Source: Podarcis filfolensis (taxonomy: Eukaryota). From it: 64,000 bases of DNA. Shown piece by piece: positions 48,826 to 60,542 of the stretch. The stretch lies in the NCBI GenBank assembly GCA_964270895.1, contig OZ185445.1; one strand, 5' to 3'. The notes under the pieces were generated by a model. That model searched no databases, was not told where the DNA came from, and saw nothing but the letters and a program-made list of their open reading frames with translations. The position numbers and the translations under genes are program-made. Position 1 is the stretch's first letter. Each line of letters starts with the position of its first letter.

Positions 48826-49115
48826 ACATAAGAAGGGTACTGGTGGATCAGGCCAACTTCCTATTTAGGTCAGCATCCTGCTCCCCACTGTGGCTAAACC
48901 AGATGCTTGTGGGAAACCAGGAAACAGGCCATAAGAATGTAAGGAGATGGCCTATCTAGTCTAGCATGTTGTTTTCACAGTGGCCTTTGAGAAGCCTGTA
49001 AGCACAACTTGAGCACAAGATCGCTTTTCCTTCCTGTGGTTTTCTGTCTTATTCAGAAGCATTACTGCCTCCAACCATGGAGGCAAAACATAGCAATCAT
49101 GGCTGGTAGATTCGC
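48826..49115 (-). mobile_element. CR1 3' UTR fragments (two adjacent 3' ends)
   Basis: Two CATAAGAA...GG..ATC...GCATC/G...CAC.GTGGC blocks and TTCAGAAGCATTACTGCCTCCAACC. Confidence 0.75.
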
Positions 49116-49884
49116 AAGGTGATCGGCCAGTTTCTAATTCCAAAGAACAGTGGTTGCTTTGTGTCTAGATACAGCAAATATATCCCCAAACTCACAGAAT
49201 CAGGTTTTTGCAAACTTTCCTTGCTCACACGGAAATGAATTTGGTGTTTGCATTTCCCATTGCTGGCTCCTCCTCAAAGCATAGACTGAAAACTACATTT
49301 GAATATTCTTGAGGACATCTTCAGGGTCTAGCTACAAAGTTTGGAGCTGAATTTCGTAATAATTTGTAGTTGCATAGATTAGTGGTTTCAATTTGGGAGC
49401 CTTCTAACAGAATCGTAAACATGAAGAAGTGGTGTGTGTTGTTTCAGGAACTGTGGTGACAGGCTATTTACTGGTTACAAGCAAATAACATTAAAGCATT
49501 ACAAGAAATGAATATGCATTTGCCATAGCTTCTCATACAGCCTCCTCCAACAGTTCATGTAGTGTTCTATATTTACTTATGTCAGCCAACTTAAAACATG
49601 TTTAAATTAACTTGAGATATCGGGGACCATTTTTCATCCAAACAATATTCCAAATTATTATTCTGAATGACAAAGCCATGCTTCAAAGAATGCTTTAAAA
49701 AATTATTGGCAGCTCAATCTATAGCACACACACAATGCATGGATTAAAGCTAATTTAGTCTCAGTGAAGCCAATGGGTTTACGGTGGCTCAAATTATATA
49801 TTAGATTAACTGTATTCTAGATAAGGCTTCCCAAATTAGAAAGTTTATGAATATGATAGAGGATCAGAGTAGTCCATCTATACA

Positions 49885-50470
49885 GGGCCAGCCCAAGATG
49901 CTTTGCTGCCTGAGATGAAGAACAGCATGGTGCCTAGCTAGCAACCATTTGGTTTCAACATAAAACTAATGTACTTCAGCTTTTACTTCAAGACCATTTC
50001 AGGGAACCATATTCCACTGCACCTAAGGGCAACAAGGTAACCTAGGGGGCACAGAAAATGTCACCTAGCAAACACAGTCTCTTCTCCACTCCAACACATG
50101 CTGCCTACTCATGTGGTTGGAGACTGAAATACACTCAGAGTCGCAAAGTGATTTCATGCTCTTTATTCAGCTCATAGTGGTGAGGAGGAATGAATGAATG
50201 TCCCCTCAAGGTATCTGCTTTATATACATTATTTACACAATGGGCTGCACGTGATTGGCTAATTCCGGAATTCTACTGTAAGCCAATCAGGTTGTGGATT
50301 CACTTCTATCTGGAGCATGATTGGGTGGTTCCTGCCAACCAATCATACTGCTGCCTTGTTCTAGGACCAATCAGACTGCTGCCTTTTGGATCCTATTGTT
50401 CTAGGACCAATCAGACTGCTGCAGTTTGGATCCTATTCAACTCAGTACATAACAGAGACCTTCCCTGATG
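49885..50470. mobile_element. Old hAT-like non-autonomous element interrupted near its right end by the solo LTR
   Basis: Left end CAGGGCCAGCCCAAGATGCTTTGCTGCCTGAG; right end appears to resume as CTTCCCTG after the LTR. Confidence 0.5.
50125..50454 (-). mobile_element. Solo LTR (330 bp), copy 2
   Basis: TG...CA termini, perfect 5-bp TSD GAGAC; roughly eight differences from copy 1 by eye. Confidence 0.9.
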
Positions 50471-52553
50471 GTTCTTTTTATGACATTGGGAGAAGATGAC
50501 TAGACAAGACAGTCAGCCCAGGCTACCCACAAAGAAGCATCATTGCCACTGTTAAGCCAGCTCAACAGGTGAGATGGCCCTCTAACGCCAGCTAACAGTA
50601 GGGCTGCCCCTGTTTCCAGGCTGTTGAATTACTATCTACTCTGATTGATGATGGATCTCTGAGGTCAGCCCTGCTACTAGAGATAAGTTTACATTGGAGA
50701 TGCCATGGGTAGTGTCCAATTCTGCACTTGCTTATGGACATTCACACAAGGTGACTTCCCTACCACTCTTCCACCTGTAGCCCCATATGTCCCCTCAAAA
50801 GTCTCTTGGGAAAAGCCTGGGGTGTTGGGTGTGGGCTGTAGTGGAAGTGGAGAAACTGGGGAAATCGGGGGAAGGCAGCTTGTTCAAGTAGAGCTAATGG
50901 TATGTGTTATTCAGAAGCTCATTTACACAATGCACTGAACACAAATACAAGGAATGTCTACAAATGTACGAGTGCTTGAATGTGTCAGCTACTGTGTGCA
51001 CAGATTGTACACTCACTATATACTGAATGTGAATAACTATCAAGGTACAACTCAACTTCGCTCATTCGTAGCTGACCTCCCTACAATTGCAATAATTCTC
51101 AATGTGAACTTGTGTGTTTTTTAAATGACCAATTTCATGGGTTAATGCCCTAGGCATGGATCCACTCTGCTCTGTGCACTGGTACACCCTACACTTGAGT
51201 AACACATACATAGGGCTTCTAGCTAACCTGAATGTTATTATGTCATACTTTGTTTCCAATTATGCATTTGGCTATTATTACAGCCCACCTCCTGGGGATC
51301 CATGCAAAGATGAAAGAGTATGTTGTCATTATATATAAAAAAAGTCTGCCTCATCAGAAATCCTGCCGTGCAGTTGTTTCACTGAAACCTTGCCAGATGG
51401 AATTATTCTTAATGATCTTGAATGATCTCAATTTGTTTTTATCTAACATAAAGCTAATTCCCAGTGATAAATAGATTTCATATCATTATACCACAAAAAT
51501 ATAATGTATATTAAATTACATTTTTAAAATACAAAATTTTAAAGCCCTAGAACAGTTGGGATGACATTGACATCCATCTAAAAATGTGGAGGAAATCATT
51601 AATCATTAGGAATGTACACAAATGGCAGGGGGCAAACAGCCAAAACCTTAATTTGAGAACATTTTTGCAGCCAAGATTCTGATTTCCAGTACCTTGCCTT
51701 AGGAATGCTGGGGAGAAAATAAGAATCAGGGGCCTGAGGTTGGCAGGGAGCTGGATAACCTACAGTTGAGGTCACAAGTCTCAGCTAGAGCAGATGAATG
51801 GTTAAGTCAGAGAACTGTTTATGTGCCTGCTCTTATCTGTTTCCACACCATGTGGCATCTCTTCTATGACCTCCAATCAGACCTGAGGCAAGAGGCATGA
51901 TCAGAGTTGAAGGAGATATTCCAGGTACACAAAAACACCCAGGGTATGAAGCAGGGTTGGTGAGGGGTGTGGCTTCAAGAGAGTTTCAAGGGCCACATAG
52001 TGAGATTTGGAGGGTCACATTTAGTCGCTGGGCCTGAAGTTCCTCATTTGTGTGTTAAAGGGTAACATAAGCTTATGTGACTCATAGTCCACTTTATCAG
52101 TGCATGGGTTGATATTCAACTAAGCATCTCTCAGAGTTGACCTACTGAAATTAACATAGCCATGTTCAGCCATTTCAATGGCTGAACTCAGAAGTTTAAT
52201 CCTAAATTGGGAAGCATAAATACGGTGGTAGGAGCTGTAGAGGAGTGAGGCCAGGTAGAAATGAAATGCAAAATAACAGACTGTTTGAGATTATCTAAAA
52301 GCAAAATAGTGGCCAAGTACACCAACACAAGGTTGTCTTGGTTATAACACAAACTTCCTGGCTCCCATAGACACTATCAGACAGTGTGAGGTGTCTGACA
52401 GATAATACAGTGCCAACATTACCAAGGGCAACATGGACCACCTCAGGCAGCAGATGTGGAGGTACCATTAAAGAGAAGTGAATTGTCACTTACTTTATAA
52501 AGCTTATTATTACCATGACACTCCATTTGCCTTTTCTGCCATAGTCACTAACT

Positions 52554-52870
52554 TAAAGGTAAAGGGTCCAGTCGTTAGGTCCAGTCGTGGACGACTCTGG
52601 GTTTGCGGCGCTCATCTCACTTTACTGGCCGAGGGAGCCAGCATACAACTTCTGGGTCATGTGGCCAGCATGACTAAGCCGCTTCTGGCGAACCAGAGCA
52701 GCACACGGAAACTCCATATACCTTCCCACTGGAGCGGTACCTATTTATCTACTTGCACTGCATGCTTTTGAACTGCTAGGTTGGCAGGAGCAGGGACCGA
52801 GCAACGGGAGCTCACCCCTTCGCGGGGATTCGAACCGCCAACCTTCTGATCGGCAAGCCCTAGGCTCTGT
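52554..52870 (-). mobile_element. Sauria SINE, slightly 5'-truncated
   Basis: AAAGGTAAAGGG...GGATTCGAACCGCCAACCTTCTGATCGGCAAGCCCTAGGCTCTGT. Confidence 0.93.
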
Positions 52871-53949
52871 GTGGCTGCTATTCTATATCTTGGGAATTAG
52901 CATATGCAAACTTTGAGCCATGTTGCATTGTACGGATGTTGTTGCTTGGCAATTGTGGTTATTGTTTCCAACTGCAAAATATGAGTATCTTTGGAGGTCG
53001 GCATTGAAAAACAATTTCCCCTAGAAATCCATCTGCCACTCTGATGGCTCTGGCAATTCTCCTCAATGGCACAGAGCTCATTCCCCCCTCTCTTAACATT
53101 GATTCTCACATCTTCAAAGAGATCCTAATACTTAGATACAGACTATGTGAGAGGGATATTTGCCCATCTTATTACCTTCTGAAGCAGTAACCATTCAGTT
53201 CTACTAGAGTTCTTGCTACTATAACTATTACTGCAAGCTTTCCGCATGGGCTACCTTCTCAGTGCTTGCAATGGGACTCTATCGTTCTGCTGAATTGTCT
53301 ATAATCTTGATGGCTGTTGGAAAGAAAGTCACAGATGCATAGCCCTATTGCAATTTCCTTCCTTACCATCTGTCATTTTATTGTTTCCAGGTTTAGTACA
53401 TCCCTAAAGGGAATGGGTTTTTATCTACGTCTGCACTACAGTAGTCATGTAGATTGCCTTAGATTTCCTAGAGGGTTGCAGAGGGTCTCTGGGTCCCTCC
53501 CCGCAGGGGACTGCACTTTCCCCACACTAACCAGGGTTTCTTGCAGAGTATTCTTCTACCAATGAATGAGCCAAAAGGCCCAAATCAGTTTTTGTCCCAG
53601 AGGATCGCAACCAATTCAGACTTTTATATGTAAAATCACTTATCCATTAATGGATATTCTGAAACTTCATGGAATGGGCAGGAGAAGGAAAACCTATGAT
53701 AAACATGCAGTGAACATAAGTATTATACAGACTTTCTAGAATCAAATGTCATACCATCTAACTGCCCTGATTTGACCAGGTTGTGCTGGAATTACAGAAG
53801 TCATCCCTGCTTCTGATAGGATCTTGGAATGTCTCATTTTTTGGCCCCATGCAACATAGCTTCCCAGGTCTTGAGAAAACCGTGATTCCTAACTTGTTGG
53901 GCAAGTTTTTCTCCGACTCTCATAATATTAGAGCTCAGGTCAGAAAAGA

Positions 53950-54420
53950 TTCAGGACAGAAGAATAAAGCACTTCTTCACACAGCACAAGATTGGGACTC
54001 ATGGAGGAGTGGCTGTTAGTGGTCACTAGCCATGACTGATATGTTCTAGCTCTACTCTCAGAGGCAGTGTAACCCTCACCATGATCAACTCCTGCCCAGA
54101 AAACTATGTCCCCACTGTGGAAGGACATGTGGATCCAGAATTGGCTTCCACAGTCACTTACAGACTCACTTAAAACCATGTTTATGGAAGACAATCTTAC
54201 TTGGCTATGAGTGATTGCCAAAGAATAAGAAGACCTCTGAATACCAGTTGCTGGGAATAGTAAGTGGCGAAAGCACCTGCTTAGCTTGGATATGGGGTGG
54301 GGAGGGACTGGAGTCATGGAGTCTGGAAGGCTTTCCATAGGCATCTGGTTGGTTACTGTTATCCTAGGATGCTGGACTTGGTGGGCCTTTGGCTTGATCC
54401 AGCAGGGTTCCTCTTAAGTT
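53950..54420 (+). mobile_element. CR1 3' end split by a nested RTE-1 3' fragment at 54073-54233
   Basis: CR1 UTR motif GAGGCAGTGT|...|CCTCTGAATACCAGTTGCTG is interrupted by sequence closely similar to 45890-46010 ending in an AAG-type tail. Confidence 0.85.
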
Positions 54421-56916
54421 GTTAGTAGACAATTAAATTTTTAAAGTTTCCCTGCAGTGAGGAAGTTTTAAAACCAACTTCAATTATTAAATTAAATTAT
54501 CTTTAAGCCACATTCCAGCATAGAATATATACTTCCTTTTCAGTGCCCATGTTTATAATGAGAACCAGCTGTAAATATTTTGGCATTCGTTCTCATCTCC
54601 TGGTGCCAAATTTCCTCTCTGGATGGCTACTTTCCTAGGTTTGAAGAAAGAGAGAAGTAAACACTTGGTGATTTCCTAGCAACAGCAAAACCAATTCTTC
54701 AACTAGAAAGGAGCTGGATCAGGCCTTAGTCAGCTGCAGACAACCACAAAGTGGTTTATATGCAGATTGCACTCTCTACAGAGCATTCAGAGTAAGGTGG
54801 AATTAGAGACTAAATAAACAACATCCAGAGAATGAGCGTGTGTAATAGATTCTAGATTTAATTAAATTGGAAGAGAAATTTGAGATTCTTTTTTTCTACT
54901 CAAATCATAATTTAATTTTATAAGGTAATATTCAACTAAGTTTCACTGAGAGGAGACCCATTGAAATTAATGAACATCACTAAGTTAGGTCCATTAATTT
55001 CAATATGCTGAGTAAAACATAGATAAATACCACTCTTCATTATTACATATGTATCTAACATCTTCTTGAAGATCAATGTGGCATTTATTATACTTATCAT
55101 ATCCTTATAACAACCCAGTGATTGAGAGTTGCTGTCCGTCCCAATATCATTCAGAGAATTTCATGGTTGGTTGAGGACTTAATCCCTGGTCTCCCAGGTC
55201 TCCAACCACTATTCCAAACTGGCATATAATGAAAGATAAATAATATTTAACACCAGTCACTTTTGTGTTGGACACATGGATGAAATTTGGTGTAAATTCA
55301 GTCAAATTCAGTTAAAGCTAAGTATTGAGTGTCTTAAACCATACTCTCTGGTCAGCACCCTTCAGCATCTGATCTAATTCTTTACCACCTGATTAGAAGA
55401 GAAAACTAATGTTTTTGGGAGTGCACAAGTGAGAGGCTGCATTCAGGAATCTGGGAACTGGATTACACCAGCCAGGAAGTCAGTAATATATACCCCAAAT
55501 CCAGATTCACTTCTCTAGTGAAGAAAGAGCATAAGCAAGTTTCTGTTGCTTTATTCGTTTATCTGTTCACCCTGCCATACCTTTCACTTCTACTGAATTC
55601 TGGTTTGATTAATTTTCTAAAGGCAGCCCAGTATCCTTCATTTTACAGGGCATCAGGTACTAGATAATACAATAAAAATGCATATTATATACATTGAAGG
55701 CACTTGCTGGGGTGCAGGGGACCTGGATCCTGTTTCCTCTGATACAGCTGAATGTGTTACAGTACCACTCCCCAAATTCACAAAAATATTTGCTTGAGCA
55801 TAATATACGTCAGTGCAGTCTCTACAACGCGCATCAGCGTAGGGCACAATGTTGGCTACCCCTGGGGTAGTGTACAAATACCCCAGATGTTTACATGGAG
55901 ATTAGCAATAAATCTGACCACCATGAAATGAGTATTTCAAACCTCTAGCCTGCCCATACATTTCTTTGTTCAAGATGTGTTTTCACACTGCAAGCTGGGT
56001 GGCTAATTTGCTACCTATTTTGTCCAATATTCGTTTTACAGGTCAGGTTTTATTTTCAGTTCCTAGTTACTGGAAGAATTCATGCTTTAACTGGATTAAT
56101 ACTGCAAAGCTTCATTTGTAAAAAATCATAGTCTCATGTAAAGACAAATGGCCTCAAGCCTGAATTTCCATTTCAAATGGAAATACATTTTTAAGAACAG
56201 CCGTTCCAACCAGATTCTTTACTTTTCTTTATCTTTCAGCTCATAAAAAATCCATTATCAAACTGAAGATACGGTGCTGAAGAAAGTCATCAGCCTCATT
56301 TAAGAGTGCTGAGACACAGCTACAACCCACTTTGCTATTTATCTGTATAACTTAACTTCTGAGAGAGTAAGATGAATAGAAATAGCTCCTTCTTCAAAGT
56401 AAGCAATACATAGCAGATTTGCATTTTGGGAAATATTCATTTATTGAGAATGCTTAGAACTCTGCTTAATTTAAACTCCTACCACATACTGTTCACAAAC
56501 AGTCTATATATCTTGCACACAAGAAGGTGACAGATGTTTAATGTCCTGATCCTATGAATTCCCACATAGGCACAGCATTTTATAGAATCAGGATGTTAAA
56601 ACTGGCATATGGGAGGGAAATTGTACCCTTTCTCTTGATGCATGTGTGCAAAGCAGTGCAATGTTGCCAGGCTCTCCACTGAACTTACTGCATTGCAGCT
56701 CAGAAAGGTCACATTGCAAGAAGCGACATTATGAATTTGAAAATATGAATGCCAACATGCAACTATTAGATATAAGTCCTATGTAATTCGTATTCTGCAC
56801 ACATTCATAATCATGCAGCAAGAGAGTGTTTGAATCCTGTGCAGGTGTCACCTCCCACTGTCCATGTATTGCAGGAATGTTTGTATTGGGCAAAACTCTT
56901 CTACATGCATAGAGAA

Positions 56917-57298
56917 GGAGCGGGTGGCGCTGTGGTCTAAACCACTGAGCCTCTTGGGCTTGCTGATTGGAAGGTCAGAGGTTCGAATCCGCTTGACGGG
57001 GTGAGCTCCCGTTGCTCAGTCCCAGCTTCTGCCAACCTAGCACTTTGAAAGCACACCAGTGCAAGTAGATAAATAGGTACTGCTGTGGTGGGAAGGTAAA
57101 CAACGTTTCCATGTGCTCTGGCTTCCATCACAGTGTTCCATTGCATCAGAAGCAGTTTAGTCATGCTGGCCACGTGACCCAGAAAGCTGTCTATGGACAT
57201 ACGCCGGCATCCGCGGCCTGAAAGCGAGATGAGTGCCACACCCCACAGTCGCCTTTGACTGGACATAACTATTCAGGGGTCCATTACCTTTACTTTTA
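56917..57298 (+). mobile_element. Sauria SINE
   Basis: GCGGGTGGCGCTGTGGTCTAAACCAC...GGTTCGAATCC...AGGGGTCCATTACCTTTAC. Confidence 0.93.
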
Positions 57299-59169
57299 CA
57301 TGTTTCAACACATGGCACCTTAAGTTGGAACCTTAATCACACAGGGCTCTAAATATTGGTGTGCAGTGGCTTTGGATGAAGCCCAAAGCCTGAAGGAAAC
57401 TGTTGTTAGACGCCCTAGGCACCCTTCAGGGTGAAACAGGGGTGTATAAATCAATCAAACAAAACAAAACATGCTTCAAAGGTGCCCTTCATCCACTCTG
57501 GAAAAGGTTCTTTTATCCACTCTGGAAGAGATAATATCCTGTAAGTTGTATCCACTTGTGTCAAAAGGAAGAAAAACTATATCTATTTAAATAATAATGA
57601 TAATGATAATGATAATAACAACCAATAGAGATTGGTTATTAGTGGATGTCAATACTGTAATGGTTTCCCTTGCGGAAAAACCACAACAGCTATCCTTCTG
57701 ATGTTTGGCAGCATTCAACCCTTCACAAGGGGCTACCATGCCTGAAAATTTCATCACATTCTGTTATTTACGAGTTCTTCTGATGACCAGCTGGGTGGAA
57801 AAGCTCAAGGAAATGAAGGTGCCAAAAGTTGCTGGTTTCTTAGCTGCACTGATGGAATGGCCCTGTATCCATTCTCTTCCCTCCTCTCCTGCATCCTCTG
57901 CCACAGCCTTGTGGAATGGCTGCTGCCAGGTGACAGTTGGTAGAGAGAGGAACCTGGCTTCTCAGCAGAGCTGATGGACACCCTGCCTCTCTTCTCTTTT
58001 CTCCTCTGCTGCAGCCTGCTGCCTCTTCCTAGTGCTTCTCAGCTTATTGGACTGCAGATTATAAGTTTCCACACATTCCAGTGGGAATGGAAACATGGAG
58101 AACTTAACAATGCTTGCAACAACTCTGCTGCGGCCAACCACTTTTTCCACCCCTAGTTCTACCCATTTTGCAAATGTAAGTTTGGTGCAAGGGGAGATGA
58201 ACCAGCAGGATGTGAGTGGCTGCCAGTCAGGGCCAAGTCCTATCATCAAGTACAGGGAGGCTATCACCTCACCTCAGACGGTAGCAGTAGTACTCTGACC
58301 ATCTTTCTAGGACTCCTTGGATGATCCCCAATGATGGAAGATGGAACTGTGTGTGCTGTCACACATCCCCTACACTAGCCTGCTGCCCCCAGGTATGGTG
58401 GAGGATGCTATCCCATCCTCAGTGTTGAAGAAAGATTGAACTAGCTGGCTTCAGTACATGTGGACCATCTTGTCCTTTTCAACAAAATGTCCTTGGGCCA
58501 GCCCTGCTGCAAACTCTACGAAAGGAGCCCGTGTGTCAATGGAGGAATGATGTCAGTGACTTGCAATGGCCTCAGGGTGGGCAAACCTTGACTTCACCAT
58601 GGTGAGACCACTCACTCCGAATTTCAGATGCAGTACAACTTTAAATAGGTTTTAAATGTATTAAGTTGCAAGAAGCAGAAGAAGCCTGGCACCTTGTGAG
58701 AAAGAGAAACTAATGAAGACATCTTTCCTTCAGTGGAACATCATCATCAAGTTGCTCTCATACATCCCTGTTTCAGCATGCTGTGCTACTTATTACCTGC
58801 ATCAAACCCTTTGGGCTGGCAATTCACAATTAAGCGGATACTTAATTAGCATCCTCAAATGTACCTCCTTATGCTGGTCCAGCATCTCTTGGCTACACTT
58901 GTGTGCAATGACCTGGAAACCACTGCTCAGAAATAGCAACATTTAGCCGCATTATTGGAATACACTTGTTCCATCTCAGAGAACTGCTGACACACAGGAG
59001 GTTACAAAGGAGAAAATTGTTACTTACACAAACACTGCAGGGAAAGGGACATTATTTACAGCTGTTTGCCAAAGCATTCTAAGTTAACACCAAGGCCCCA
59101 TAGCCCCCGTTATTTGGAGAGGATGAAATAAATACAGAAAATTACCAATGAACTCTGTAAGCTACTAAC

Positions 59170-59173
<4 letters not shown>

Positions 59174-59217
<44 letters not shown>

Positions 59218-59260
59218 TCTATACTGCCCTTCATCCAAGGATCACAGGGCAGTTTACAAT
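59174..59260 (-). repeat. (TTA)n tract with L2-type 3' end relic
   Basis: (TAT)n followed by CTGCCCTTCATCCAAGGATCACAGGGCAGTTTACAA. Confidence 0.75.
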
Positions 59261-60333
59261 ATCAGCCCACAAGCCATAGATGTAAATTTACTCTAGCATA
59301 ATAGTTCACAGGATATGCACCAATTACTTCAGTATTCATTTGAGCTTTGCATTTAAGCATCATAGTTATGCAACTGTTAGTGAATGAAAACTGATCTCCA
59401 ATGTGACCACTGATCCACCAATGCAATCTAGTTAGACCTATGATGTACATTTCAATATTGAGTGCATTGATCTTGTGCTCATAAACACACACAGAGAGAG
59501 ACACAATCTTATGCAAACCACGCCAGAGTTTGATTAATGGTATACTTTTTCATTTTTATTCCATTTAGTTCCAGTACATTCAGTGCCATTATTTCATCAG
59601 CATAAAACAGTGGCAATATAGTGAAGAAATGGAACATTAGTGTTTATAAGTGCAAAAGTTTCAAACTAGCCAATGACCAGTGATATAGATGGTTGTGCAT
59701 GATAGAATGAGTCAGTGCAAAGGTAACTGAATAATTATTTTAGGACAGGAGGGAAAATCTGGGGCTCTCCATATGTTGTTCTACTCTAACTCCCATCAAC
59801 CCCAGCAAGCTTGGCCAATAGGGATGATGGGAACTGTAGTTGAACCTGGAATGCCACCGGTTCCCTGTTTTGGGATATTTCTAAAGAGGGATTCAAGAAG
59901 GATTGAATGGATGTTGTTTCAGTTTATATCCAAGCTCTGCAGTACACAAACATCCTCAAGTTCACCTGGGCTGATGCTAAGCAACCTGAAGTTCACCCAC
60001 AACCTTTCTACCCACCTATACTGCAACTAGAGCTCTCTGTATCCTCATACATCTCTGCCTAATTGCATTTATGACTAAGTGCCAAGTCTGCAATCAGACT
60101 GAGAAATAAAATAAATAGTCCATCTGGATCATCCACCACTATTTAGCTATAAACTCTTGTTTATGGAGTGGATATATGTTTCTCACAAACAGGGGTTTAA
60201 GAAGGCATTGTTTTCTATTCTGCCCTGTTATTTGTTACATAAAGCACCATTTCTGTTGTGCAAAAGTTTATCTTCCACACAAAAACCCTTTCTTATTCAT
60301 TTCCCTGTCTGTTGTGGCAAATGACATAATTTA

Positions 60334-60542
60334 CAGTGGTACCTCGCGTTACAGACGCCTCAGGTTACAGACTCGGAAATAGTATCTCGGGTTAAGAACT
60401 TTGCTTCAGGATGAGAACAGAAATCACGTGGCGGCGGCAGCGGGAGGCCCCATTAGCTAAAGTGGTACCTCAGGTTAAGAACAGTTTCAGGTTAAGAACA
60501 GACCTCCGGAACGAATTAAGTACTTAACCCGAGGTACCACTG
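60334..60542. mobile_element. Tigger-like MITE, opposite orientation to 5069 and 46306
   Basis: TA|CAGTGGTACCTC ... GAGGTACCACTG|TA. Confidence 0.92.

Noticed and set aside
22779-50454. The two LTRs as the ends of a single 27-kb provirus
   Set aside because: Each LTR has its own distinct perfect TSD on both sides, and no gag/pol sequence or primer-binding site lies between them.
57890-58620. Endogenous viral element or coding exon
   Set aside because: No viral or host protein motif in any frame. The hAT-like termini (TTGGGCCAGCCCTG, CAGGGTGGGCAAAC) point to decayed DNA transposons.
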